In this document: positions 10,071 through 19,305 of the stretch, piece by piece
How positions within the stretch are numbered: the first letter of the stretch is position 1
Layout: every line of letters begins with the position of its first letter
From: Escherichia phage mogra
DNA: 64,000 nucleotides
Strand: one strand, 5' to 3'
Sequence record: MN850579.1
Notes under the pieces: generated by a model
What the model saw: the letters and a program-made list of their open reading frames with translations, nothing else
Told to the model about the DNA's origin: nothing
The model's database searches: none
Made by a program: the position numbers and the translations under genes

Positions 10071-11027
10071 ATGATGTTAGTTATTGGTTCTCGTGCACTT
10101 CACTATCACGGTCTTATTGATTCTAGCGCTATCAAAAATAGCGATTGGGACTTTATTGCGGACCAAGGTTCTTGGAATGCATTCAAAAATCAAATGATGG
10201 GTGTATATGTTCACCAAGATAACCCTGATGTCCAAGTTTTCAAATGCTTCCATAATGGACGCGAAACTCATTTTGAAGCATATATTGTTCCGGCAATCAC
10301 TAATGTCCGTGAATTAGTCGGTGAACTCACTCCTGAAGATTTCACGTCTTCTTATGACCTTTTAAAATACGCCAAGAAAAATTTGACTAAAGACCGTTTG
10401 AACGGGTTTTACTGGGCAACTCCTGAGATATGTCTTGCAATTAAGATGTCTCATCGTTTCAAGAAAAATAATCCATTCTTTTTAAAGACTATGAACCATA
10501 TTCAGTATCTTCGTGGTAAAGGTGTTACACTGAACGATGAACTTACTGAAATTATGCTGAAACGCCAGAAAGAAACCTTGAACTATGCTCACCCGGTTCT
10601 TGACACTTCTAAAAGTGCGTTCTTTAAAGATGACATCTATACATATGACCATGATACTATTCATGAAGCCATTGCACTAACAGACCGTCCGGCTTATACA
10701 TTTTATATGAAAGACGGTTCTGAAGTCATGACCTCACGCGAGAAGTTCGAATCGTTACCAGAAATGGTCAAATTGGCCGGTGTATATGAAGAATCATGTG
10801 TACTAGCATTAGAACGTTCTCAGATTCCTAATGACTTTAAAATTAACCCTGAAGCCAGTTTCATGATGGCATTAGAAAAAGTCTGCACAAGCATCACCTC
10901 CGGTTGGTTCCGTGAATACGCCTGGGAAAACTACAGCAAAGTAGTAAGTATGTACCAAAGCTTAGGACATAACGATTACGTCAAACGTTTCAAACAAAAT
11001 TTCCATATGGTAAAACCTTTCAAATAA
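10071..11027 (+). CDS. hypothetical protein; possible nucleotidyltransferase-fold N-terminus (GS...DWDF)
   Basis: SD gaggaaaa; motif resemblance only. Confidence 0.5.
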   Translation: MMLVIGSRALHYHGLIDSSAIKNSDWDFIADQGSWNAFKNQMMGVYVHQDNPDVQVFKCFHNGRETHFEAYIVPAITNVRELVGELTPEDFTSSYDLLKYAKKNLTKDRLNGFYWATPEICLAIKMSHRFKKNNPFFLKTMNHIQYLRGKGVTLNDELTEIMLKRQKETLNYAHPVLDTSKSAFFKDDIYTYDHDTIHEAIALTDRPAYTFYMKDGSEVMTSREKFESLPEMVKLAGVYEESCVLALERSQIPNDFKINPEASFMMALEKVCTSITSGWFREYAWENYSKVVSMYQSLGHNDYVKRFKQNFHMVKPFK

Positions 11028-11039
11028 TTTCGCAAAACT

Positions 11040-11084
11040 GTTTACACAATTATAGGACTATGTTATAGTAGTCCTACCAAAACA
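11040..11084 (+). promoter_or_regulatory. early promoter / stem-loop cassette (TAGGACTA..TAGTCCTA)
   Basis: GTTTAC 11040. Confidence 0.5.
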
Positions 11085-11097
11085 TGAGGAGAATATT

Positions 11098-11403
11098 ATG
11101 AAATTAGGCGAAACCAACCGAATTGGTCTTTTAACAATATTTGCATCACTTTTTTACGCAACTCTTTCTGTTGCAGTATTACAAAAGGCTTACAGTATGG
11201 ATGGTGTGCCTGGTTGTATATTCTTATCACCGTTTTTATTATTCGTCGGAGCTTTGTTATTATATGCCACGACTAGTTTCGACCATAATGTCTGGGTCAA
11301 TTATAAACGTAAATTGACCGAAGAAGAACACGCAGAAGCTCGTAAAAAAGCTATTGAATCTACCAATCTAGAAAATTTCATTAAAGAATGTCGAGGAAAA
11401 TAA
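11098..11403 (+). CDS. small membrane protein, C-terminal NFIKECRGK
   Basis: Two TM helices; shared C-terminal motif. Confidence 0.55.
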   Translation: MKLGETNRIGLLTIFASLFYATLSVAVLQKAYSMDGVPGCIFLSPFLLFVGALLLYATTSFDHNVWVNYKRKLTEEEHAEARKKAIESTNLENFIKECRGK

Positions 11404-11404
11404 T

Positions 11405-12091
11405 ATGAATAGTTCTAAAGTGTTTAATAGTCAAGCTCGTGCAATAGGTGGTTTTGCTCATGCGATTAAAAACGACCAGATTAAAAACGAGCCTATGTTC
11501 TTTAACTGCGATTTGAATTTTGCTTTTGATAATGGCGGCCCAATTACTCGTAGCTTTATCCAAAATCTCCCTGACGATTGGAAAGACTCGGATGTAGTAT
11601 TTGATTCACGAGTCCACATGCTGATGCCTGGTTGGTACCCTGCTATTCCTGGATATCACCATGACGATGTTCCACGCCCTGATATTCCAGTTGGTCAACA
11701 TTTTATTACTGCAGGACAACCTGATTATGACAATCCTCGCTATTTGTCTGAACATATTCTTGGTCTTGTTAACGCTGATGTGTGTCCTACTCATTTTGCA
11801 ACAGGAACTGCAGAGTTCAGTCAGATTCCTGATGGCGAACTTATCTATCGCCAGTGGCACAAAGAAGTCCTCGAAAAAATCGAAAAAGGCGAACTAGAGA
11901 AATGGGAAGCTCCAGACCGTACTCTTCTTCAGTTTGATTGGCAAACATGGCACACTGGTTCTCGTGCAATTAGTAATGGATGGCGTTGGTTCGGACGTGT
12001 ATCTCGTAATACAGACCGAGTTAAAAAGATTACCAATGAAATTCGTGTCAATGCCCAAGTTTATCTGGAATTCCCTATGGAAGGTTGGTAA
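11405..12091 (+). CDS. hypothetical protein (HHDD motif)
   Basis: 228 aa; function not assignable by eye. Confidence 0.5.
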   Translation: MNSSKVFNSQARAIGGFAHAIKNDQIKNEPMFFNCDLNFAFDNGGPITRSFIQNLPDDWKDSDVVFDSRVHMLMPGWYPAIPGYHHDDVPRPDIPVGQHFITAGQPDYDNPRYLSEHILGLVNADVCPTHFATGTAEFSQIPDGELIYRQWHKEVLEKIEKGELEKWEAPDRTLLQFDWQTWHTGSRAISNGWRWFGRVSRNTDRVKKITNEIRVNAQVYLEFPMEGW

Positions 12092-12582
12092 TGATTAACA
12101 AAACATATTGGTCTAATATAGACGATGGCAACGAAGGTATTTCGTATTATTCGGTAGATTGGACAGGATGTCCATCCTACTTAGTGAAACATATTTGCCA
12201 AGAATTTAAAATCTACCAGCCAGCAGGTATTATTGTGAACAGATACATTAATGGATATCAACCTATCGATGAAGTAATACGAACAACTCAAGCTGAGCTT
12301 GAAAAGTTTTTCAATAAGTGCCAATGGATAACAGGATGGATTATATTTGTACCGTCTATATGGTTTTTTAGTACTAAAGTAAGTGCCTTTGCTGTACTAG
12401 ATATTATCGCTATCTTATTAGCATCTACTATCGTAAGTATTATTGGTGGTATTATTGGTGGAGGTATTGTAGGCATCATTATTAATCTTATTAAAAGTAG
12501 TTTACAAGAACATAAAGACAAGATAAAAGCCAAGAATAATGAAGTTGAACGTTTTATTACCGAATGCAGGAATTTGAGATGA
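12085..12582 (+). CDS. membrane protein with glycine-zipper TM segment, C-terminal RFITECR
   Basis: GGIIGGGIVGII segment; shared C-terminal motif. Confidence 0.5.
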   Translation: MVMINKTYWSNIDDGNEGISYYSVDWTGCPSYLVKHICQEFKIYQPAGIIVNRYINGYQPIDEVIRTTQAELEKFFNKCQWITGWIIFVPSIWFFSTKVSAFAVLDIIAILLASTIVSIIGGIIGGGIVGIIINLIKSSLQEHKDKIKAKNNEVERFITECRNLR

Positions 12583-12815
12583 GTATAGCAATTTACATTA
12601 AATCAGAATCATGTGATAGTTATCTGTACACATACGATAAAGATGTGTCAGAAGAAAAAATCAAAGACGATCTTAATATGGACCTTGATATGTTCTGTCC
12701 TATTGCAGATTACAAACTTGCGGTCTCTAATAGTGAAAGTCCATCTAAAGAAACGCGCATCGAAGAATTTATGTCCGAATTAATGGCCAAATCATGGGAC
12801 CGAGATGATGAGTAA
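12579..12815 (+). CDS. hypothetical protein
   Basis: ATGA overlap with upstream ORF. Confidence 0.45.
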   Translation: MSIAIYIKSESCDSYLYTYDKDVSEEKIKDDLNMDLDMFCPIADYKLAVSNSESPSKETRIEEFMSELMAKSWDRDDE

Positions 12816-13263
12816 GAAAAATAAAGTGAAAGAACTATCAGCCGGTATTATTTTCCTTACCGAAGATAAAGAATTATTCATGGGGCGTGTAACTGGTTCT
12901 TGTCCTAAAGGTTCTTTAGCTCATAGGTGGGATATTCCTAAAGGCCGTGTCGAACCTGGCGAATCTTCTATTGAAGCCGCTATTCGTGAATGCGAAGAAG
13001 AAACTGGGTTTACACAATATGACCCTGCCTTCCTGAAAGACCTAGGTGAACATCGTTACTCAGACAATAAGAATATTCATCTGTTCCTATATGCCATCCC
13101 TGTAGAGCACGAGCAATTCAGAAACAGTGTTTGTAATTCCTATCATACATTCCCAGACGGACGACAGATTCCTGAATTTGATGCATTCGCTTTAATTAAA
13201 CCTTCTCAATGGGAATATGTGATGGGCAAATCATTATATAAGGTGCTCACTACCCTCCTATAA
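12805..13263 (+). CDS. nudE: Nudix hydrolase NudE
   Basis: Nudix box GRVEPGESSIEAAIRECEEETG; immediately upstream of e as in T4 e.1. Confidence 0.8.
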   Translation: MMSKKNKVKELSAGIIFLTEDKELFMGRVTGSCPKGSLAHRWDIPKGRVEPGESSIEAAIRECEEETGFTQYDPAFLKDLGEHRYSDNKNIHLFLYAIPVEHEQFRNSVCNSYHTFPDGRQIPEFDAFALIKPSQWEYVMGKSLYKVLTTLL

Positions 13264-13297
13264 GTAATAAATACCTCCTATAAACGTGGGAGGTATT

Positions 13298-13786
13298 ATG
13301 AATATATTTGAAATGCTTCGTAATGACGAAGGTCTTAGACTGACTTTATACAAAGACACTGAAGGCTTTTGGACGATTGGCATAGGCCATTTAGTAACAA
13401 AGAACCCGTCTTTAGCCGTAGCTAAAGCTGAACTTGACAGAATGATCGGTCGTAAATGCAACGGTACAATTACCCTTGATGAGGCTGAAAAGCTATTTAA
13501 TGAAGACGTTGATAAAGCCGTTCGCGGAATCTTGGGTAATGCTAAACTTAAACCGGTGTATGATTCTTTAGACGCGGTTCGTCGATGTGCATTGGTCAAT
13601 ATGGTCTTCCAAATGGGTGTAGCAGGCGTCGCTGGTTTTACTAATTCTCTTCGTATGCTTCAACAGAAACGTTGGGACGAAGCGGCAGTAAATCTAGCCC
13701 AATCTAAATGGTATCGTCAGACACCTAATCGCGCGAAACGCGTAATCTCAACATTTAAAACAGGAACTTGGAAAGCGTATATATGA
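13298..13786 (+). CDS. e: lysozyme (endolysin) gp e
   Basis: [23 protein letters not shown]; near-identical to T4 lysozyme; SD ggaggt. Confidence 0.95.
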   Translation: MNIFEMLRNDEGLRLTLYKDTEGFWTIGIGHLVTKNPSLAVAKAELDRMIGRKCNGTITLDEAEKLFNEDVDKAVRGILGNAKLKPVYDSLDAVRRCALVNMVFQMGVAGVAGFTNSLRMLQQKRWDEAAVNLAQSKWYRQTPNRAKRVISTFKTGTWKAYI

Positions 13787-14064
13787 AAACATACAATGAA
13801 TTTTTATCAGAATCTATTCTTAACGAAGCTACTGACACATTTGCAACTAAGCTAGGTGCAGCTTTGGTTGAAGCCGAAAGTCTATTAGCACGTATTTCTG
13901 AACTTGCTAGTAAGATAGATACTCGCAAATTTGAACGTACCAGCGATATCGTTAAGCTCGAAGCCTTGTTGCGTATGTGCGATAAACCGGAAGAAATCGC
14001 TAAGAACGGCTCGCTGATGAAACAACGTCTTGAAAAATATATTTCAGGCGCTTCAGAAAAATAG
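13783..14064 (+). CDS. internal-protein-like, variant CTS ([10 protein letters not shown])
   Basis: CTS-like N-terminus; ATGA overlap with e. Confidence 0.5.
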   Translation: MKTYNEFLSESILNEATDTFATKLGAALVEAESLLARISELASKIDTRKFERTSDIVKLEALLRMCDKPEEIAKNGSLMKQRLEKYISGASEK

Positions 14065-14065
14065 T

Positions 14066-14119
14066 GTTTACTTCCTCCAAGGACTTTGATACTATACATC
14101 TATCAACTACTTGGAGGAA
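14066..14119 (+). promoter_or_regulatory. early promoter inside a 10 bp perfect inverted repeat whose 3-prime arm is the denV SD
   Basis: GTTTAC 14066; arms TTCCTCCAAG 14072-14081 and CTTGGAGGAA 14110-14119. Confidence 0.55.
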
Positions 14120-14122
14120 ATT

Positions 14123-14536
14123 ATGACTCGTATCAATTTGACACTTGTTTCTGAACTGACCGACCAACATCTTATGGCTGAGTATCGTGAATTACCACGC
14201 GTATTTGGTGCAGTCCGTAAACATGTTCAAAACGGTAAACGTGTAAAGGATTTTAAAATCTCTCCAACATTTATCTTAGGCACAGGTCACGTAACATTCT
14301 TTTACGACAAACTCGAATTTTTACGTTTACGACAAATCGAGCTAATCGCTGAATGCTTGAAACGTGGTTTCAAAATCAAGGACACGACAGTCCAGGATAT
14401 TTCCGACATCCCTGCCGAATTTCGTAATAATTATGTCCCGTCTGAAGCGTCCATTGCGATAAGTCAAGCACGCTTAGATGAAAAAATTGCTCAACGTCCG
14501 ACTTGGTACAAATACTATGGTAAATCAATTTACTAA
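14123..14536 (+). CDS. denV: endonuclease V (pyrimidine dimer DNA glycosylase) DenV
   Basis: [32 protein letters not shown]; near-identical to T4 endo V. Confidence 0.93.
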   Translation: MTRINLTLVSELTDQHLMAEYRELPRVFGAVRKHVQNGKRVKDFKISPTFILGTGHVTFFYDKLEFLRLRQIELIAECLKRGFKIKDTTVQDISDIPAEFRNNYVPSEASIAISQARLDEKIAQRPTWYKYYGKSIY

Positions 14537-14542
14537 GGAAAA

Positions 14543-14803
14543 ATGAAAATGTATCAAGAATTTATCGCTGAAGCAGATGCCAAAGGTCCTAAATTTAAAG
14601 TTAAAGCTTTCATTGGTGATGCCGAAGACTTTGGCTCATTAAAACGTAATGGGTATTCTTTCTTAGGTGGCGATGGTAAAGAAATCAACACCTATGCAAA
14701 ACGTAGTGAAATTGCTTATGTTGTAGCAAGTCCTAAAGTAGATGTTGACGATATTGGATACGATTTTAACAACTTCGGAATTATTTCTGGCGGTAAAGCT
14801 TAA
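14543..14803 (+). CDS. internal protein with CTS (MKMYQEFIAEA)
   Basis: CTS N-terminus; ipII/ipIII locus by synteny. Confidence 0.6.
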   Translation: MKMYQEFIAEADAKGPKFKVKAFIGDAEDFGSLKRNGYSFLGGDGKEINTYAKRSEIAYVVASPKVDVDDIGYDFNNFGIISGGKA

Positions 14804-14806
14804 ACG

Positions 14807-14836
14807 GTTTACGCTTAAGTATTAATATGGTATAAT
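14807..14836 (+). promoter_or_regulatory. T4-type early promoter
   Basis: GTTTAC 14807; TATAAT 14831. Confidence 0.5.
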
Positions 14837-14866
14837 TACTCTATCAAAACAAACAAGGAAACAAAA

Positions 14867-15445
14867 ATGAAAACGTATAAAGAATTTATCGCCGAGGCCT
14901 TTGCAGGAAAAGCTCAAGGCATTAATAAGGACGAGTGGAATTATCGTGGCGGAAACGGCTTTGACCCTAAAACTGCTCCACTTGAACGATATCTGGCCAC
15001 AAAAGCTTCTGATTTTAAAGCCTTCGCTTGGGAAGGACTACGCTGGCGTAACGATCTAAATATTGAAGTTGACGGACTTAAATTTGCTCATATTGAAGAT
15101 GTTGTTGCTAGTAACTTAGACGCAGCTTTTGTTAAAGCCGACAGTGACCTTCGTCGCTGGAATTTAAAACTGTTCTCTAAACAAAAAGGCCCGAAGTTTG
15201 TGCCTAAAGCAGGTAAATGGGTCATTGATAATAAATTAGCTAAAGCTGTCAACTACGCCGGTCTTGAATTTGCCAAGCATAAATCATCATGGAAAGGTCT
15301 TGATGCAATGGCTTTCCGTAAAGAATTTGCCGATGTTATGGCTAAAGGCGGCTTTAAGGCAGAAATAGATACAACTAAGGGCACGTTTAAAGACGCTAAT
15401 GTTCAGTACGCTTACGCCGTTGCTAATGCAGCCCGTAATTCCTAA
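14867..15445 (+). CDS. internal protein with CTS, IPIII-like size (192 aa)
   Basis: MKTYKEFIAEA N-terminus; Lys/Ala-rich. Confidence 0.65.
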   Translation: MKTYKEFIAEAFAGKAQGINKDEWNYRGGNGFDPKTAPLERYLATKASDFKAFAWEGLRWRNDLNIEVDGLKFAHIEDVVASNLDAAFVKADSDLRRWNLKLFSKQKGPKFVPKAGKWVIDNKLAKAVNYAGLEFAKHKSSWKGLDAMAFRKEFADVMAKGGFKAEIDTTKGTFKDANVQYAYAVANAARNS

Positions 15446-15486
15446 TAAAGCTAATACTCAGACCTATTTACATTTAAAGGAAACAT

Positions 15487-15789
15487 ATGAAAACATATCA
15501 AGAATTTATTACTGAAGCGCGAGTGAGTGCAGGTAAATTAGAAGCCGCTATAAATAAAAAGGCCCATTCATTTCATGATTTGTCCGATAAAGACCGTAAG
15601 AAACTTGTAAGCCTTTATATTGACAAAGAGCGTATTCTCGCTCTTCCTGGCGCTAATGAAGGTAAACAGGCCAAGCCTTTGAATGCTGTCGAAAAGAAAA
15701 TTGATAACTTTGCTTCTAAATTCGGTATGTCTATGGATGACCTTCAGCAAGCGGCTATCGAAGCAGCTAAAGTAATTAAAGGTAAATAA
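15487..15789 (+). CDS. internal protein with CTS (MKTYQEFITEA)
   Basis: CTS N-terminus; 100 aa. Confidence 0.65.
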   Translation: MKTYQEFITEARVSAGKLEAAINKKAHSFHDLSDKDRKKLVSLYIDKERILALPGANEGKQAKPLNAVEKKIDNFASKFGMSMDDLQQAAIEAAKVIKGK

Positions 15790-15902
15790 CAGTTTACTTT
15801 CTCCTAGAATTGTGATAGTATATTCATAATTACTTGGAGGGGTAAATACAGAAATGGACAATTCATGCGCCACGGAATGGCCCAACCTAAAAGAGAAACT
15901 AA

Positions 15903-16442
15903 ATGAGAACATTTTTAACTGGTCCTTATCTATCCCTGATGAATGCTTTTACACACCATTCTGATGCTAGAGTAGAAGAAATTTGTAAGAATGGTTATGT
16001 CCCACCATTTGAAGACGTACTCAAGCAGTACTGTACACTTCGTTTAGACGGTGGCAGACAATCAGGTAAATCGTCCGCAGTAACTAATTTTGCTGTTAAT
16101 TGGCTATACGATGGTGGAACAGTTATTGTTCTTTCTAATACTTCAGCTTATGCTAAAATTTCTGCTGGCAACATTAAAAAAGAATTTTCTCGTTATTCTA
16201 GCGATGATATTCGATTCCGTTTATTTACTGATTCTGTTCGTAGTTTTATTGGCAATGAAGGTTCTAAATTCCGTGGATTAACGCTTTCTCGTATTCTGTA
16301 TATAATTGACGAGCCTATTAAAGCTCCTGATATGGATAAGATTTACAATGTCCACATTAAAACAGTACAGCACTGCTGCAAAAGCAAATATTGCATCGGC
16401 GGTAATGCTCGTCCTCAATTTTTTGTGATTGGAATGCAATGA
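15903..16442 (+). CDS. P-loop NTPase, function unknown
   Basis: Walker A GGRQSGKSS; Walker B-like LYIIDEP. Confidence 0.55.
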   Translation: MRTFLTGPYLSLMNAFTHHSDARVEEICKNGYVPPFEDVLKQYCTLRLDGGRQSGKSSAVTNFAVNWLYDGGTVIVLSNTSAYAKISAGNIKKEFSRYSSDDIRFRLFTDSVRSFIGNEGSKFRGLTLSRILYIIDEPIKAPDMDKIYNVHIKTVQHCCKSKYCIGGNARPQFFVIGMQ

Positions 16443-16747
16443 TGACCACTATTGAAGTTTTTGAGTATTGTTATAACAGCCCAGTATGCAATAAAAGGGC
16501 TCTTGTAGAAAATTACGAGATTTACCATTTTAAACCTAAACGATATCGTTTGACTAAAGGTCCGTTCGCAGGGCAGCAGGTTCTTTGTACTGCTCCTAAT
16601 GCACGGTTGATGACTAGTATTCCACATTTCAAAATGGAATTTATTGATGGGCCATTTAAGGGATTAATCACTCAAAGTTTAATGGCGTTTAATTCCGACC
16701 CATTTTTGATTAAAGAAAAATCTTGGATAAATTTATTTTCTAATTGA
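16439..16747 (+). CDS. hypothetical protein
   Basis: ATGA overlap; 102 aa. Confidence 0.5.
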   Translation: MMTTIEVFEYCYNSPVCNKRALVENYEIYHFKPKRYRLTKGPFAGQQVLCTAPNARLMTSIPHFKMEFIDGPFKGLITQSLMAFNSDPFLIKEKSWINLFSN

Positions 16748-16753
16748 GGTTAT

Positions 16754-17116
16754 ATGAAAGCATATCAAATTCTTGAAGGTACACATAAAGGCACTATTTA
16801 TTTTGAAGACGGTACTCAAGCCCGGATTATCGTCTCTAAGACTTTTAAAGAAGACTCTATTGTAGACCCGGAAATTTTCTACGGTTTGCATGCCCGTGAA
16901 ATTGAAATTGAACATCAACCTAAAGTTAAAATTGAAGGTGGTCAACATCTGAACGTTAACGTTCTGCGTCGTGAAACTCTGGAAGATGCAGTTAAGCATC
17001 CGGAAAAATATCCGCAGCTGACCATCCGTGTATCCGGTTATGCAGTTCGCTTTAACTCTCTGACTCCGGAACAGCAGCGCGACGTTATCGCTCGTACCTT
17101 TACTGAGAGTCTATAA
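16754..17116 (+). CDS. autonomous glycyl-radical cofactor (GrcA/YfiD-like; T4 Y06I-type)
   Basis: C-terminus [33 protein letters not shown] is the pyruvate formate-lyase / GrcA glycyl radical motif. Confidence 0.85.
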   Translation: MKAYQILEGTHKGTIYFEDGTQARIIVSKTFKEDSIVDPEIFYGLHAREIEIEHQPKVKIEGGQHLNVNVLRRETLEDAVKHPEKYPQLTIRVSGYAVRFNSLTPEQQRDVIARTFTESL

Positions 17117-17340
17117 TGGCTAAATTGATTATAGAAGGGTCTGAAGATGTTTTAAAATGTTTTGCCGCCTGGTTTAGTTGCTCAGGCGAGCAATCATTCA
17201 TTGAAGCATTTAGAACGGGTGATATTACTGGAAACTATCCGACAACTGATATCACTGTACGTGGATATGGTATTAATGAGCCTATCCAATTGGTCGAATA
17301 TGACCTTGCCACCGATGAGGAAATTCCTTATGTCGATTGA
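17116..17340 (+). CDS. hypothetical protein
   Basis: TAATG coupling to upstream gene; 74 aa. Confidence 0.5.
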   Translation: MAKLIIEGSEDVLKCFAAWFSCSGEQSFIEAFRTGDITGNYPTTDITVRGYGINEPIQLVEYDLATDEEIPYVD

Positions 17341-17596
17341 AGACATCAAAGGCTACAAGCCACATACCGACGATAAAATCAGTAAAGTGAACGCTATTAA
17401 AGATGCAGAAGTCCGTCTTGGATTGATGTTTGATGCTCTGATTGAAGAAGCATATATCTTTAAAGAAAATGAAACAGAGCAACAAACCAAAGAAGATATG
17501 GATGCAGTGCAGGCTCTTAAGTATGCTAAGCAACATCTAAAAGAAGCCAGCATGTGGGCATGTCGTGCAGTATTTCGACCTGAGGAAAAATACTAA
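17330..17596 (+). CDS. hypothetical protein
   Basis: Internal ATG chosen; the long N-terminal extension of the listed ORF overlaps the upstream gene. Confidence 0.45.
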   Translation: MSIEDIKGYKPHTDDKISKVNAIKDAEVRLGLMFDALIEEAYIFKENETEQQTKEDMDAVQALKYAKQHLKEASMWACRAVFRPEEKY

Positions 17597-17895
17597 TGGC
17601 TCAAATCCTATCAGGCTTTGGAACTCATTATGAAGCATCTAGACGCATAACTGAAAGCAATCCTTTTGGCCTTGTTCCGAAGCACAAGAAAATTCAAAGC
17701 CTTGATGACTTTGAGAACCGCCTATGGGCCCTCTTTAATGAGTACAAGGCATATCTGAAAGAAGACGCTGACTATTGTCTTGAAGAAGATGAGATTGCGT
17801 ATTACGAACAACGCCTTGAACAGCTCAAGAACTTCCGTCAGGTTCGTGACGAAGTATCTAAAGCAGTTAAAAAGTTAATTCCTTTCAAAGAGTAG
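17596..17895 (+). CDS. hypothetical protein
   Basis: ATG overlapping upstream stop; 99 aa. Confidence 0.5.
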   Translation: MAQILSGFGTHYEASRRITESNPFGLVPKHKKIQSLDDFENRLWALFNEYKAYLKEDADYCLEEDEIAYYEQRLEQLKNFRQVRDEVSKAVKKLIPFKE

Positions 17896-17945
17896 TTTAC
17901 TTCTCCTCTAGTTGTGTTACTATAGACTTGTCAACTAGAGGAGAA
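17895..17945 (+). promoter_or_regulatory. early promoter inside a 14 bp perfect inverted repeat whose 3-prime arm carries the SD
   Basis: GTTTAC 17895; arms TTCTCCTCTAGTTG 17901-17914 and CAACTAGAGGAGAA 17932-17945; TACTAT in loop. Confidence 0.6.
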
Positions 17946-17951
17946 ATCAAA

Positions 17952-18410
17952 ATGACTATCAATTCGGAAGTTTTTATCCGCCGTAATAAACTCCGTCGAA
18001 TCTTTGAAACGGAGTTCCGCAAAATAAATGCCGGTATAAAAGATGCTGCAAAGTCTCTTGGACTACCAGGCTTTCATATCAAGTATTCTCAACATCTCTT
18101 AGATCGTGCCATCCAGAGAGAAATAGATGAGAATTACGTTTTTGAATTATTTCATAAAGTAAAAAATCATGTTAAAGAAGTTGCAGAATTTTTATCAATG
18201 CCGGCACGTCCGGATGTTGATGAAGATTTTGTCGAAGGTGTCGAATATCGCCCAGGCCGTTTAGAAATAACTGATGGAAATCTTTGGTTAGGACTTACAG
18301 TTTGTCGCGAAAATCCAGCATTCAAAATGAAGACTCTTCAATGCAGAATGGCTATTATTAACAGTAAACGACTACCAGGAAAAGCTTCTAAAGCAGTGAT
18401 TAAAATCTAG
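17952..18410 (+). CDS. possible RegB endoribonuclease
   Basis: 152 aa, T4 RegB-like size and position between the vs-region and SLT-like gene; no motif confirmation. Confidence 0.4.
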   Translation: MTINSEVFIRRNKLRRIFETEFRKINAGIKDAAKSLGLPGFHIKYSQHLLDRAIQREIDENYVFELFHKVKNHVKEVAEFLSMPARPDVDEDFVEGVEYRPGRLEITDGNLWLGLTVCRENPAFKMKTLQCRMAIINSKRLPGKASKAVIKI

Positions 18411-18418
18411 AGGTAAAC

Positions 18419-18961
18419 ATGAGAAAAGCACTACTCGCTGGTCTATTTGCTCTTTCGTTATCAGCACATAGCTCCGAGCATACTTTTAGTAATGTCCAAC
18501 TCGATAACTTGAATTATGCTTATCAGTTTGGGGAACAGTTTTCTAAGGATGGAAAATTTAAAACGCATGAAAATATGCATAAGAAAGGACTTGGATACAT
18601 AATGGCCGCAATACTATGGCAAGAATCATCTGCCGGTATTAATCTTAAAGATAAGAAAGGTCACCATGCGTATGGAATGTTCCAAAACTATCTACCAACA
18701 ATGAGGGCAAGAATTAACCAGCTTGGGTATAATATGACTGATGCCCAAATTAAGAAAATGCTATCTAAGCGGTCTAATTCAACCAGATGGGCTTATATCG
18801 AATTTTCTTATTGGTTAAATATACATAACGGGGATATAAGAAAAGCTATATCCTCATATAATGCTGGATGGAAGACAAGTGCTGGAAGTAAATATGCTTC
18901 TGAAGTCCTAGAAAAGGCTAATTACCTTAAATCAAATAAACTACTGGAAATAAAAGAATGA
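18419..18961 (+). CDS. secreted lytic transglycosylase (SLT domain)
   Basis: Signal peptide MRKALLAGLFALSLSAHS; SLT-like motifs QESSAG, GMFQ, SYNAGW. Confidence 0.6.
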   Translation: MRKALLAGLFALSLSAHSSEHTFSNVQLDNLNYAYQFGEQFSKDGKFKTHENMHKKGLGYIMAAILWQESSAGINLKDKKGHHAYGMFQNYLPTMRARINQLGYNMTDAQIKKMLSKRSNSTRWAYIEFSYWLNIHNGDIRKAISSYNAGWKTSAGSKYASEVLEKANYLKSNKLLEIKE

Positions 18962-19305
18962 CCAAAATGTTGGCTTTAATAGTTGGCTTGGTTTCATTTA
19001 ACGCTCTTGCTAATACTACATATACTGATGTAACGGAGTATACAAACAGAACGGCGTCTGATTATTGTGGTAAAAGTCAAGAGTGTAAAGTAGATTTTTC
19101 ACAAAAATTGTTATACGCTTATAAAGACGGAGAAAAAGATGGGGCGTCTAGTAGGTTCAAGGCGTCTACCTTAATTAAAAGATACTATAAAAAATGGCAA
19201 ATATTAGAATGCTCGGTGGCGGAACCTAAAGATAAGGCAGCATGCAATTCTATGGTGGACCGTCTAGTTGACTCTTATAATAGAGGACTTGCAGCAAGTG
19301 ATTAA
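18958..19305 (+). CDS. secreted protein, function unknown
   Basis: Signal peptide MTKMLALIVGLVSFNALA. Confidence 0.5.
   Translation: MTKMLALIVGLVSFNALANTTYTDVTEYTNRTASDYCGKSQECKVDFSQKLLYAYKDGEKDGASSRFKASTLIKRYYKKWQILECSVAEPKDKAACNSMVDRLVDSYNRGLAASD

Noticed and set aside
13258-13599. 113-aa minus-strand ORF
   Set aside because: Antisense to the lysozyme gene e, which is near-identical to T4 lysozyme
17162-17329. N-terminal extension of ORF 17162-17596
   Set aside because: Overlaps the upstream gene in another frame for 170 nt; the internal ATG at 17330 coupled to the upstream stop is more plausible
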